From the IMG/VR virus record IMGVR_UViG_3300029256_000003: a DNA stretch of 60,341 bases; one strand, given 5' to 3'. Source of the DNA: a virus. The notes under the pieces are model-generated. The model was not told the origin of the DNA. It did not search any database and was given only the letters and a program-made list of their open reading frames with translations. Numbering within the stretch: position 1 is the first letter of the stretch; every line of letters starts with the position of its first letter. Shown here one piece after another: positions 17,041 to 26,836 of the stretch. The translations under genes and the position numbers were made by a program.

Positions 17041-19886
17041 TGGGGGAAGGATATGATTATATACGGGCGTTTTGCCTATCAGGGACGTTAAACTATACGA
17101 GATATTTCTTTAAAGCAAGATTCGGTCGCAAATTTGTAGTAAATGACCATCATGTAAAGATATGCCAGGCTCTTGATGATGTGATTGACGGAAAGATAAA
17201 GAAGCTGATTATAAACATAGCTCCAAGATATTCCAAGGCTATTGATAATGAAACACCGATGCTAACCATGAATGGTTGGAAAAAGGCTTCAGAAGTACAA
17301 ATTGGAGATTATCTTTTTGGAAGTGATGGTAAGCCGACTAAGGTACTTGGAGTTTACCCGCAAGGTATAACAGATGCTTATAATGTTGAATTTTCCGATG
17401 GAACTCATCTTGTTACAAGTGGGGATCATTTATGGGCTGTTCATGAACGTAAGAGATGGGATAAACTTAAAGGTCAACATAAAGTAATAAAGCGTACAAA
17501 AGAAATGTCTGAAAGGCTATATGATTCTGATGGACATAAAAAATATGACATCCCGATTATAAAGCCTATTTCTCCTATAAGAAATGAGGAAAAGATATTG
17601 CCAATTGACCCATATCTTTTCGGATATTGGCTAGGTAATGGTTCGAGCTATAAGGCTGAATTTTGCACAATGGATATTGAAGTAGTTCAAGCATTTAGAT
17701 CCAAATATCCGATAACAATTAGGACTCATCAAAATGCAGGGAAAGCTACAGAATATGGAATTCGTGGAGGATTTGTGAGTACGCTTAAAAAACTTGGGGT
17801 AATCGGTAATAAACACATTCCAATTCAGTATCTATTATCCGATATTGACAGCAGATTTGCACTTCTTCAAGGGATGATGGACTCTGATGGGACATGCGGG
17901 GCAATTTCTCATCAATGTTCTTTATGTTTTGTAAATGATCGCTTAAGGAAAGATGCAAGGACTCTAATAGAAAGTTTGGGAATGTATTGTACGGAATGTG
18001 GCCCTATTATAATGATTCGTAGTCCTAAGAATCCCTTCAGATTAGAAAGGAAAAGCCGAAAGTATAAGCCTTTAAATAAGCGGCATTTTTCAAAACGATT
18101 TATTACGGCTATTACTAAGGTTCAAGATAGAGAGACTATATGTTTTAGAGTAGACTCCGAAGATCATCTTTTTGCAGCTGGAAGAGATTTAATACTTACT
18201 CATAATACAGAATTAGTGGTTAAAAACTTTATTTCATATGGTCTTGCAGTCAATCCTTCTGCCAAATTCCTTCATTTATCTTATTCAGATGATCTGGCCA
18301 ATGATAATTCAGAAGAGGTAAGAGATATAGTTAAGTCGGAAGAATATAAGCGTGTATTCCCTTATGTAGACATAAAGAAAACAAGCGATGCAAAAAAGAA
18401 GTGGTATACAACAGAAGGCGGGGGAATGTACGCAACAGCTTCTGGGGGACAAGTCACAGGTTTTGGTGCTGGTGCAGTTGATGATGAAAACGATCTATCC
18501 AAAGAATTAGAAGAGTTCAAACCGTCATCTAAATTTGCAGGTGCATTGATTATTGACGACCCGGTTAAACCTGAAGATGCAATATCGGACACTCCAAGAG
18601 AAAAGGTAAACCAACGGTTTGAAACAACTATAAGAAACCGTGTAAACTCACGGAATACCCCTATTATAATCATTATGCAAAGACTTCATGAGCATGATCT
18701 TTGCGGGTATTTGATGGAAACAGAGCCGGGAGAATGGACTGTCTTATCTCTTCCGGCAATAATATATGAAAATGGCAAGGAGAAAGCTTTATGGGAGTTT
18801 AAACATACCATCGAAGAGTTGCATAGGATGCAGAGGGTGAATAGCTATGTTTTTGAAACCCAATATATGCAGAATCCAACTCCTATGGAAGGCTTAATGT
18901 ATGGAAAGTTTAAGACTTATGAGGCTATTCCGATAACCAATAGAGCAATAAGGAAAAACTATACAGATACAGCCGATACCGGAAGCGATTATTTATGTTC
19001 TATTGATTATATCGATACAGAGATAGGGAATTTCATTCTTGATGTCCTTTTTACACAAAAGGAGATGGAATTTACCGAACCGGAAACTGCTAAAATGCTC
19101 ACTAAAGACCAAATATCCAAGGCAAATATAGAAAGCAATAATGGAGGAAGGGGATTTGCCCGGAATGTAGAGAAACAAATGCGGATGATTGGCAACTCCA
19201 AGACTCAAGTAAGCTGGTTTCATCAGTCAAAAAACAAAGAGGTTCGGATCTTTACCAGATCTTCCGAGGTGATGAACCTTACTTATTTCCCTGCTGATTG
19301 GGAAAGGAGGTGGCCGGAATTTGCGTCTCAACTGAAAACATACAGGAAAAGGGGGAAAAACGCTCACGATGACGCATGCGACGCTCTTACGGGAACTGTG
19401 GAGATGAGAGGTGAGGTAGATGTTCTATACTACAAGAAAGAGGAAATAGGGGTAAATAATCAAATTTTTGTTGAAATACACCCCAATATAAACGGATTGT
19501 TTATAATGGTTTCTTATTGCGTTGCTGGCGGAAAGATGTTCATGATTGACTGCTTGTTCTCCGATTCGCTAATATCTGTTGACCAACTTATTAATAAAAC
19601 AGACGGGAATGTACAAATGGAGATTCCCGTAGAGATGAAACATTACGCAGACGATTATAGGAAGCTTATAGATCATGATTTGTGGGTAAGAGAAGAATCA
19701 ACAGATAAGAAAACTATGATTGAATCGTATAAATCGATTATTAAAACAATCTACTTCCCGGAATCCGATGATTCATTTTCTGCATTAATCGCTAACATGT
19801 CTGATTATGATGGTATTAACAGCTTTGAAGGCATGTATGTATTATCTTGCGTGTGCGCTCGTGCAAAATCTTCAAAAGTGATATAA
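17037..19886 (+). CDS. terL: Terminase large subunit, interrupted by an intein
   Basis: - After conceptual splicing the extein P-loop reads INIAPRYSK|TELVV.
- Nuclease/ATPase C-terminal region shows typical terminase features (IIDDPVKPED, IIMQRLHEHDL).
- 949 aa, versus about 626 aa without the intein. Confidence 0.9.
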   Translation: MMGEGYDYIRAFCLSGTLNYTRYFFKARFGRKFVVNDHHVKICQALDDVIDGKIKKLIINIAPRYSKAIDNETPMLTMNGWKKASEVQIGDYLFGSDGKPTKVLGVYPQGITDAYNVEFSDGTHLVTSGDHLWAVHERKRWDKLKGQHKVIKRTKEMSERLYDSDGHKKYDIPIIKPISPIRNEEKILPIDPYLFGYWLGNGSSYKAEFCTMDIEVVQAFRSKYPITIRTHQNAGKATEYGIRGGFVSTLKKLGVIGNKHIPIQYLLSDIDSRFALLQGMMDSDGTCGAISHQCSLCFVNDRLRKDARTLIESLGMYCTECGPIIMIRSPKNPFRLERKSRKYKPLNKRHFSKRFITAITKVQDRETICFRVDSEDHLFAAGRDLILTHNTELVVKNFISYGLAVNPSAKFLHLSYSDDLANDNSEEVRDIVKSEEYKRVFPYVDIKKTSDAKKKWYTTEGGGMYATASGGQVTGFGAGAVDDENDLSKELEEFKPSSKFAGALIIDDPVKPEDAISDTPREKVNQRFETTIRNRVNSRNTPIIIIMQRLHEHDLCGYLMETEPGEWTVLSLPAIIYENGKEKALWEFKHTIEELHRMQRVNSYVFETQYMQNPTPMEGLMYGKFKTYEAIPITNRAIRKNYTDTADTGSDYLCSIDYIDTEIGNFILDVLFTQKEMEFTEPETAKMLTKDQISKANIESNNGGRGFARNVEKQMRMIGNSKTQVSWFHQSKNKEVRIFTRSSEVMNLTYFPADWERRWPEFASQLKTYRKRGKNAHDDACDALTGTVEMRGEVDVLYYKKEEIGVNNQIFVEIHPNINGLFIMVSYCVAGGKMFMIDCLFSDSLISVDQLINKTDGNVQMEIPVEMKHYADDYRKLIDHDLWVREESTDKKTMIESYKSIIKTIYFPESDDSFSALIANMSDYDGINSFEGMYVLSCVCARAKSSKVI
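17238..18206 (+). mobile_element. Intein (323 aa) with LAGLIDADG homing endonuclease, class-3-like signature
   Basis: - N-terminal Hint block: AIDNETPMLTMNGWKKASEVQIGDYL.
- Block B: SGDHLW.
- LAGLIDADG motifs: LFGYWLGNGSS and LLQGMMDSDGT.
- Block F: ETICFRVDSEDHLF.
- C-terminus LILTHN, followed by +1 Thr. Confidence 0.85.
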
Positions 19887-19936
19887 TTACGAATAATAAT
19901 TATCTATTTTTATTTGGACTAAATAGAAATTATTTC

Positions 19937-19980
19937 TATATTTGCGGTGAGGATAACAATCCCTTCGTGTGAAGATGCAC
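19937..19980 (+). promoter_or_regulatory. Late promoter (TAtaTTTG) plus leader box GTGTGAAGATGCAC, upstream of the portal operon
   Basis: -7 box at 19937-19944. Leader box at 19967-19980, within hairpin CGTGT-GAAGAT-GCACG. Confidence 0.55.
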
Positions 19981-20055
19981 GGAACCTATAATTTTTATAC
20001 TATCGGATTTTTCGTTAGTATTTTTGTCCGTAAAGACCTCTTCATTTCGTAGGGA

Positions 20056-21408
20056 ATGGTTATCTCAAATCAGATAATCATTCTTTTTATGTTTAAATTA
20101 GGAAATTGGTTTCAAAAAAAAATTAATATATCTGTTCCCTCAATGAGAGAGACAGTAAAAGCTATTGAAAAGGATTCTAATGGGAATTTCTTGTATCTTA
20201 CCAATTTCTTCTCGCCATCTGGTAACATCAAAAATGATTATAATCTAACCCTGGATAAGGATAAAGCAGATTCTCTTCTTGTATGCACCCCATTCTCTAC
20301 TGTTATAAATAAAATAGGTTCTCTTTTTGCGAATGGGAGAATATATGTCACAGACAAGGATGGGAATGAGAAAGAGGGATATAATGATATTAGAGAATTG
20401 CTGTCGCGTCCTAACCCACTTCAAACAAGAGCTGGATTCTTTAAAGAGATTGAGATGTCTCTTAAGCTTTTCGGATATTGTCCCATTTTCACTGTAAGAG
20501 CAATAAAAAAATCACTTCCACTCGCAATGTATGTCATACCTGCACAGATATTTCACATGGTTTCTTCCGGGAAACTATTTCGCCAGTATGATATAGAAGA
20601 TATTGTTTCTAGAGTTTATCTTGAATGGAATGGTTTGCAAGAAGAATTATCCGATGAAGATTATTTTGTAATTTACGATAGTTCTGCAAATGTTAATGGC
20701 TCTAATCAGGATATAAAATTCTCTTCGGTTACAGACTCCCTTTCTATGCCAATTAATAACTGGATTGCAGCAATGGCAGCCAGTTATCAGTTAATTGTAA
20801 ATGGTGGTCCCAAAGGTATTATTTATTCTGATTATACCGATAAGATGGGTAATCAGGCTATGACACCAGAGGAAAAAGAAATATTGGAATCTAAACTAAA
20901 AGAAAAATATGGTATTCTCAATAAATTTCCTATCCTGACGTCAAAGATAAAACTTGGATGGATTCCCTTAAATTATGATGCGTCCCAGCTTAAACTTCAC
21001 GAAGAGGATAAGCGGTGTAGCAGAAAGATATGCAATGCGATAGGTATTGATTATAGTTTATTTGATGAATCTAAATATGACAACAAAAGCATAGCGGAAA
21101 AGTCCGCTTACCAAGGTCTTATTATTCCTGATTCAGAAAAAGTGTCAGAGGCTTTGACAGACGCAATTTGTCCCAAAGGTGTTTTTATAAAGTTGGATTA
21201 TACTCATATTGATTGCCTTCAGAAAGACAAGTCCGCATCTTCTTCCGCTTTTCAGAAAATGGCTTCTTCTTTAATTCAATTAGTTGAAAAAGGTCAGATA
21301 ACTCTTGATGAATCCAGGAATGAGCTGGCAAAGTTTATAGATATCGATCCTGATAATCCAAAAGGTGAATTAAAAACTAATAACTCTATTGAAAATGGAC
21401 AAAACTAA
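20056..21408 (+). CDS. Portal protein (positional call)
   Basis: 450 aa, immediately after TerL and before the prohead protease. The alternative start at 20089 (MFKLGNW) is possible. Confidence 0.65.
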   Translation: MVISNQIIILFMFKLGNWFQKKINISVPSMRETVKAIEKDSNGNFLYLTNFFSPSGNIKNDYNLTLDKDKADSLLVCTPFSTVINKIGSLFANGRIYVTDKDGNEKEGYNDIRELLSRPNPLQTRAGFFKEIEMSLKLFGYCPIFTVRAIKKSLPLAMYVIPAQIFHMVSSGKLFRQYDIEDIVSRVYLEWNGLQEELSDEDYFVIYDSSANVNGSNQDIKFSSVTDSLSMPINNWIAAMAASYQLIVNGGPKGIIYSDYTDKMGNQAMTPEEKEILESKLKEKYGILNKFPILTSKIKLGWIPLNYDASQLKLHEEDKRCSRKICNAIGIDYSLFDESKYDNKSIAEKSAYQGLIIPDSEKVSEALTDAICPKGVFIKLDYTHIDCLQKDKSASSSAFQKMASSLIQLVEKGQITLDESRNELAKFIDIDPDNPKGELKTNNSIENGQN

Positions 21409-22141
21409 TAAATATAGCGGAAGAATGGGGATGCAGTATAAGACATTCTCTATTTATGCAAAAGAAGTAAACTACGACAATGAAAGCCGTACCATTAGTG
21501 GATATGCCGCCATTTTTGGGAACAAAGACAAAGCGGGTGATATTCTGATAAAAGGATGTTTTTCCAAGAGCATCCAGGACAGAGGGCCGGAAAGCCCGGC
21601 TAACGATAAGATAATTATGCTTTGGATGCATAATATGAATGAGCCTATAGGCCGGATTGCAGTATTAAATGAAGATGAAAAAGGACTTTATTTCGAAGCA
21701 AAAATAGATGAAGTCCCGAGGGGAGAACAGGCAATAAAACAGCTCGAATCCGGAACTTTAAACCAATTCTCAATCGGATATCAGTATGTGTGGGAGAATT
21801 GCGAATACGATGCGGAAAAAGACGCTTTCATAGTGAAAGAGGTAAAGCTTTATGAAATATCGGTAGTCTCTATCGGTTGCAATGGAGAAACAGAATATTT
21901 GGGGCTAAAATCCATAGAGGATGTCGAAAAAGCTTATGAAGAACTAAATACCGAAATATCAGAAGTGTGTTCAGGAATGCCTGCATCCAAACAGCAAAAG
22001 ATACAAAGAATTATATCAAAAGCAATGTCACTTGCGTCATTCAGGCCGGAGATTCGGAAAGAGCCTACACCTGAAGGAGAGGAAGCCGACATGCACGGCA
22101 ATAAGGTCAAATCAATGTTTGAAAAATTAAAATTAAAGTAG
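21389..22141 (+). CDS. HK97-family prohead protease
   Basis: GYAAIFGNKDKAGDILIKGCF and FSIGY are typical of S78 prohead proteases. Lies between the portal and the capsid. Confidence 0.75.
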   Translation: MKMDKTNKYSGRMGMQYKTFSIYAKEVNYDNESRTISGYAAIFGNKDKAGDILIKGCFSKSIQDRGPESPANDKIIMLWMHNMNEPIGRIAVLNEDEKGLYFEAKIDEVPRGEQAIKQLESGTLNQFSIGYQYVWENCEYDAEKDAFIVKEVKLYEISVVSIGCNGETEYLGLKSIEDVEKAYEELNTEISEVCSGMPASKQQKIQRIISKAMSLASFRPEIRKEPTPEGEEADMHGNKVKSMFEKLKLK

Positions 22142-22142
22142 T

Positions 22143-23483
22143 ATGGGAAAAGAAACAAAGAAGGTGGAGTTTAAGGACTTCCTTGACACCAAGGGATTGT
22201 CTGAGGACGAATCAAAGGTTTTCGATGTGTTCGCCAAAGGGCTTGACGGTTATATGGAAGCTCTTTTCGACCAGTTTATGAAAGATGAGATTGACTCTAA
22301 ATCCATGAAGGAGTCAATTGATAATGCAACTAAGGCCATCGATGAACTGAAAACAGAGGTAAAAGGATTTGCCGACAGCAAATCTATCAACGAACGCTTG
22401 AAATCATTTGAAGAAACAATCGTTCGGATTAAAGCTGCGACCGAGAAAACAAAGGGAGGCGATATTAGATTTAAGTCTCTTGGAGAACAAATTGCTGATG
22501 CCTGCAAAGGTTTTGTAACCGAGATTAACGGAGTCAAAACGATTGATGTTGAAACTCTAAAGAAAAAGGGCGGAGTTAAATTTGATGTCGTAGTGAAATC
22601 ATCTGATCCTGTAATGACTACAGGAGGAAGTCCTGTTGCCGGTGGAATTACAATTGACGATCAAATCAGTGTAGCCCCTCGTAAACGTGCTTCTATCCGT
22701 GACGTGGCTAATGTAGCAAGTATTTCTACTCCGTCTGTAGTATATGCTGAATTGAAAGATGTTACCGGTGATGCCGCATGGGTTCCCGAAGGAGGTTTAA
22801 AACCTTCAATGACAGCATCTGTGGAGACTGTTACCGTTTCTGCCGGAAAGGTAGCTTTGACAGCCAAGGTTACAACCGAAGTCTTACAAGATATTCCGCA
22901 ATTGGAAAGAGAAATTGAAGCCGAGATTATCAATAAGATTGGCTTGAAAGAAGAAGATGGAATATTCAATGGAACAGGTTCTGGTGGCCAGATAAAAGGA
23001 GTTGGTGATTTAATTCCGGCATTCTCTCTAACGGGAATCGAAGTGTCCAAGTCCCCTAATATGTATGATGCGATTGTGGCCGCTTATACTCAAATTGTAA
23101 GTGTAAGCAATATGGCTTATTCTCCGAATGCCATTCGTATGAATCCGGTGGATTATGCTAATATGCAGCTCACAAAGAACGACAATGGTGATTATATCCG
23201 CCCATTTAAAATTGGGGATGAATTGATTACGGGACTTCGGGTTATCCAAGATCCGAACGTAAAGCTAGGATCTTTCCAGATGGGAGACTTTCGTTATCTA
23301 TTTATCCGTGATTATGTTGCCCTTTCCATGAACATTGGTTGGGAGAATGATGATTTCACCAAAAACTTGGTGACTATCTTGGGTGAAAAGAGAATGCTTG
23401 CTTATATCAAGTCTCAATATAAGACAGCATTCGTGTCTGACACATTCAAAAATGTGATTACTGCGATAACCAAAAGTGCTTAA
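22143..23483 (+). CDS. Major capsid protein, HK97 fold
   Basis: 446 aa. An N-terminal coiled-coil delta-like region is followed by a capsid-like body. Position is directly after the protease. Confidence 0.8.
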   Translation: MGKETKKVEFKDFLDTKGLSEDESKVFDVFAKGLDGYMEALFDQFMKDEIDSKSMKESIDNATKAIDELKTEVKGFADSKSINERLKSFEETIVRIKAATEKTKGGDIRFKSLGEQIADACKGFVTEINGVKTIDVETLKKKGGVKFDVVVKSSDPVMTTGGSPVAGGITIDDQISVAPRKRASIRDVANVASISTPSVVYAELKDVTGDAAWVPEGGLKPSMTASVETVTVSAGKVALTAKVTTEVLQDIPQLEREIEAEIINKIGLKEEDGIFNGTGSGGQIKGVGDLIPAFSLTGIEVSKSPNMYDAIVAAYTQIVSVSNMAYSPNAIRMNPVDYANMQLTKNDNGDYIRPFKIGDELITGLRVIQDPNVKLGSFQMGDFRYLFIRDYVALSMNIGWENDDFTKNLVTILGEKRMLAYIKSQYKTAFVSDTFKNVITAITKSA

Positions 23484-23501
23484 CGTGTTAAAATGTAAAA
23501 T

Positions 23502-23753
23502 ATGAAAAGAAGCAGTATTAATAAAGAAAAAAGCGACAACTCTTATAATATGGACTTGTCGGAAGTGTACAAAGTTACATTCCAAAAGGATTTCAGTGCA
23601 TTTAAGTCGGGGGATGAAACCCATGTCTCCCTTCCGATTGCGATGAAATGGGTAAAGATGGGTGTAGTTTCAGAAACTTCTGAAATAACTTCTGCGGCCG
23701 ATAAGGCTGGATGCTCTGACCTTTTGAAAAAAGATAAGAAGAAAGGAGAATAA
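23502..23753 (+). CDS. Hypothetical head-associated protein
   Basis: 83 aa ORF after the capsid gene. Confidence 0.5.
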   Translation: MKRSSINKEKSDNSYNMDLSEVYKVTFQKDFSAFKSGDETHVSLPIAMKWVKMGVVSETSEITSAADKAGCSDLLKKDKKKGE

Positions 23754-23756
23754 ACA

Positions 23757-24254
23757 ATGATTATTGACGGCTCATATTTTACAGGATTGCTAAGTCTCGG
23801 TATAATCTGGGATATAGACGATGATTCAATCACAAGAAAAGCAGAGCGGGATAATCTCCAATCGTATATCGATTTATATGAGCGAAAGTTCCTCCGAATG
23901 GTCTTGGGGAAAAGTATGAGCCGTGAATTCATTGAATATCTTCTATCAGGCAAAAATGATGTCGATAAATGGGAAAAGTTGAAAGAAAAGCTTTCTCGTA
24001 AAGAATATAGCCCAATTGCTAATTATGTGTATTTTCACTATGTTAGGCGGTGTGGGGTAGTACAAACTCCGGTAGGGACTGTATATGCCTCTGATGATAA
24101 AAAGGCGGATCCAAATCCTCTTTTGATTTCTGCTTGGAATAATATGGTGCAGATGAATGAAGATTTGTATGATTTCCTGGAATCAGATAAGGGATATGAC
24201 GGCTTTGTTTTTAACACAACTATGCTTGAACTCATAAATGGACTGGGAATATGA
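23757..24254 (+). CDS. Head-tail connector/adaptor (positional)
   Basis: 165 aa. Translationally coupled to the gene train. Confidence 0.45.
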   Translation: MIIDGSYFTGLLSLGIIWDIDDDSITRKAERDNLQSYIDLYERKFLRMVLGKSMSREFIEYLLSGKNDVDKWEKLKEKLSRKEYSPIANYVYFHYVRRCGVVQTPVGTVYASDDKKADPNPLLISAWNNMVQMNEDLYDFLESDKGYDGFVFNTTMLELINGLGI

Positions 24255-24769
24255 AATCAATAAACGACATATTCAGAGATATTGTAGATAATACTGCGAA
24301 AATATATGGCAGTAATGTTTCCTATATGTTTGGAGATTGGGAATATATTGCCGGGCAGTTAACTGAATGGAGTCAGTCGCAAGAGAGAAGCAAACTAAAG
24401 TTTCCTATTATATGCCTGTATTCTCCGTATATCGAGGATCGTACATCTAAGATCCCAAACGCCAGTCTTGAATTTATTATCATGGTAGATACTCGGAAGG
24501 AGTATCTTAATGAAGAAAGGGAAAGGGTGTCGTTCATCAATGTTCTACGACCTGTTTATGATGCTTTCATAAAAAGCATACTTTCATCTCCGGACATTGT
24601 TAATGAGTATAACGGTGTAATTCCTCATTTATATACAGAAAACTACCGATATGGAAGAAAGGGAGTGGAAGCTGACGGTAAACCATTTAGAGATTTCATC
24701 GACGCTATCGAGATAAAGAATTTGAATATTAAAATTAAAAATATTAAGTGCTATGGCAACAGAATTTAG
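24251..24769 (+). CDS. Head-tail joining/tail completion protein (positional)
   Basis: 172 aa. Coupled starts and stops. Confidence 0.45.
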   Translation: MKSINDIFRDIVDNTAKIYGSNVSYMFGDWEYIAGQLTEWSQSQERSKLKFPIICLYSPYIEDRTSKIPNASLEFIIMVDTRKEYLNEERERVSFINVLRPVYDAFIKSILSSPDIVNEYNGVIPHLYTENYRYGRKGVEADGKPFRDFIDAIEIKNLNIKIKNIKCYGNRI

Positions 24770-25601
24770 AGAATGTGCCGGTATGGCTCAATTTAATACC
24801 GGTACTTCAAAATGTTTGCTTGATCCGGGAAAAGTAAAGGCTATTATTCTTACGATGCATGGTTATAAGCTTCCCGCAAATGCTACAGCGGAATTGCTTG
24901 AGGCGGCTTGTCATGATGACCGTCCGAATCGTATCTTCCCGATCAAGACAATTATTGAATATGCACCTTCCGGTGGGGAAGCCAACAAGGCAGCAGTCGG
25001 ATATGGTCCTAACAAGATTACATCGTATTCCGCAAAGGATGATGTTTGGACAGTGGATGAATATGATGCCAGTCTGAAAGCGAATATCATGGCAGCCAAA
25101 GGTGTTGCTTTTGATGCGTACTTCGTAGATGAAAACAATGTCGTGTACGGAATGAATGACGGCACCGATATTCTTGCTGGTATTCCTCTTTCCGGTGTTT
25201 ATCCGGGCGGACAAGACTGGGATTCATCCGGTACGGAGGCTAACCTTACTATTGGGACGATGTTCAAGGATTACGAAAAATACGTGAAGAACGCAGATTA
25301 TCGTGTATACAAGTTCGATGTTGTGGAAGCCTTGAAAGGACTTGTGTATGTTGAACTCGTAAAACTCGACACAGGAGAAAACAATTATAAACTAAGAGAG
25401 CATTTTGGTGGTCTTGATGTTACCTCTTTCTTCGGTGCGGCATTGGCGGAAGGTGCATCTGCTTGCTTTGATGGAGAGGTGTCCGCTGTTAAATTTGAGA
25501 ATGGAAATTTGGTTATCACGGCAACCGGCACTCCTTCCTTGAAGTCCCCTAAAGTTTTGCAGGAAAACGGTGTGGTTGGTATTGAACAGTGGGTATCATG
25601 A
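24753..25601 (+). CDS. Putative major tail protein (positional)
   Basis: 282 aa, acidic, beta-rich. Position follows the connector genes. Confidence 0.45.
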   Translation: MATEFRECAGMAQFNTGTSKCLLDPGKVKAIILTMHGYKLPANATAELLEAACHDDRPNRIFPIKTIIEYAPSGGEANKAAVGYGPNKITSYSAKDDVWTVDEYDASLKANIMAAKGVAFDAYFVDENNVVYGMNDGTDILAGIPLSGVYPGGQDWDSSGTEANLTIGTMFKDYEKYVKNADYRVYKFDVVEALKGLVYVELVKLDTGENNYKLREHFGGLDVTSFFGAALAEGASACFDGEVSAVKFENGNLVITATGTPSLKSPKVLQENGVVGIEQWVS

Positions 25602-25777
25602 AAGTCGAGGGAATCAATTTTGTAGATGAAGAGGTACGGAAGATGAAGAAAAAGGAGTTCATTGCGAAACACAAGGTCTTTTTTTCTGACCGTACGGATT
25701 CTGAAAAAGAAAATATCCTCTCTGACATCTACGACAAGATTGTCGGTATCAGAACTCCTTCAGAGGGTATTATTTAA
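25589..25777 (+). CDS. Small hypothetical tail-module protein
   Basis: 62 aa, followed by a terminator. Confidence 0.45.
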   Translation: MGIMKVEGINFVDEEVRKMKKKEFIAKHKVFFSDRTDSEKENILSDIYDKIVGIRTPSEGII

Positions 25778-25795
25778 GTGGTTTGTTTTCAAGAG

Positions 25796-25820
25796 GGGAG
25801 GGCATTTGCCTTCCCTTTTC
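25796..25820 (+). terminator. Rho-independent terminator
   Basis: GGGAGGGC-attt-GCCTTCCC followed by TTTTCTC. Confidence 0.6.
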
Positions 25821-25836
25821 TCTTATAATTTGCGTA

Positions 25837-26360
25837 TGGCTACAATAAAAGAAGTATTGGATAATGTGACAGCTTTTGTTAATGGGTTTGAAGGAGAGGT
25901 TCAACACACTATGGATTCGAACAAATCTCTTGTTAGGGAATTTGTGACAGAGCAGTTGTATTCAGGTGTAAATGGGAATGATAAACCATTGCGACCTACT
26001 TATTTGAACGATCCTTGGTTTGCTACTGATGAAGCCGGAAAGTGGAAGAACAATGCGAAGGGGTACGCTAAGATGAAGAAGAGAATAACAAAACCTACTC
26101 CCTCTTTCCAGGGGTATCCGGCTAGGGATATTTATACTCCCAACCTCATTATAACAGGGGAATTTTATGATTCTATACGTGTCTCTTCGTCCTCAAAGGG
26201 GTTGAAGATAGAAACAAGAGGAAGCGACATAGGACCGGATATAGAAAGGAAGTATGGAAGTGCCATATTGGGAGTAGGAGTGAAGTCCCGCGAATACTTC
26301 CTCGAATATGTGCTTAACCCGGCGCTTAAGAATTACTTTTCAAAATTTGGCGTATTATGA
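25837..26360 (+). CDS. Hypothetical virion protein (HK97 gp10-like tail-completion?), tentative
   Basis: 174 aa from ATG 25837 (MATIKEVLDN...). The upstream part of track ORF 25662.. spans the terminator and is not protein-like. Confidence 0.55.
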
Positions 26361-26542
26361 GTTGCTGGTGTCAAGGTAATAAACGGCTTGCTTATATAGA
26401 GAGAATGCGGGAAATCGCAAAGAAGGCGGCTAAAATGGAGAAATCGGTGTATGTCCTATTCAAAAAAGAGGATGGCAGTATTTGGTATGCAAAAGAGGGA
26501 GAAGATTACAAAGGTGTTTTCGTCGAATATATATATCCGTAA
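26357..26542 (+). CDS. Small hypothetical protein
   Basis: 61 aa, ATGA-coupled. Confidence 0.5.
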   Translation: MSCWCQGNKRLAYIERMREIAKKAAKMEKSVYVLFKKEDGSIWYAKEGEDYKGVFVEYIYP

Positions 26543-26680
26543 TACGAAGAATAGGATAATATTCAGGGTGTGCGGTTAGAAAAATCACGGGGATTATACA
26601 AAAAACATAGGAAAAATAGAACAATAAAATACCGTCGAAAGAGAAATAAAATAATTGTTTGCCAAATAATAAAAACTTGC

Positions 26681-26688
26681 TATATTTG
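26681..26688 (+). promoter_or_regulatory. Bacteroidota-type -7 promoter box TAtaTTTG (antirepressor 1)
   Basis: Exact match to TAnnTTTG, 150 nt upstream of the ATG at 26837. Confidence 0.55.
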
Positions 26689-26756
26689 TAGTGCGATACA
26701 GCTTGGGGAAGCGCATATAAGATATTAAGTATTTCCATAGAGTTGGGAATATATAA

Positions 26757-26798
26757 ACAGTGCCGAAAGATCCTCAAGCGTTCGGTGCTGTTTTTTTT
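26757..26798 (+). terminator. Leader terminator/attenuator upstream of antirepressor 1
   Basis: An 11-bp stem ACAGTGCCGAA/TTCGGTGCTGT (2 G:U pairs) plus T8, located between the promoter and the ATG. Confidence 0.65.
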
Positions 26799-26836
26799 AT
26801 ATTCCTGTGTGTGAAAGGACACACTACGAAAATTGT

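Noticed and set aside
25589-25836. Tail-assembly-chaperone style programmed frameshift between 25589..25777 and the long open frame starting at 25662.
   Set aside because: The second frame is +1 rather than -1 relative to the first. Its upstream part is not protein-like and runs across a terminator hairpin (25796-25820). The real gene most likely starts at the ATG at 25837.
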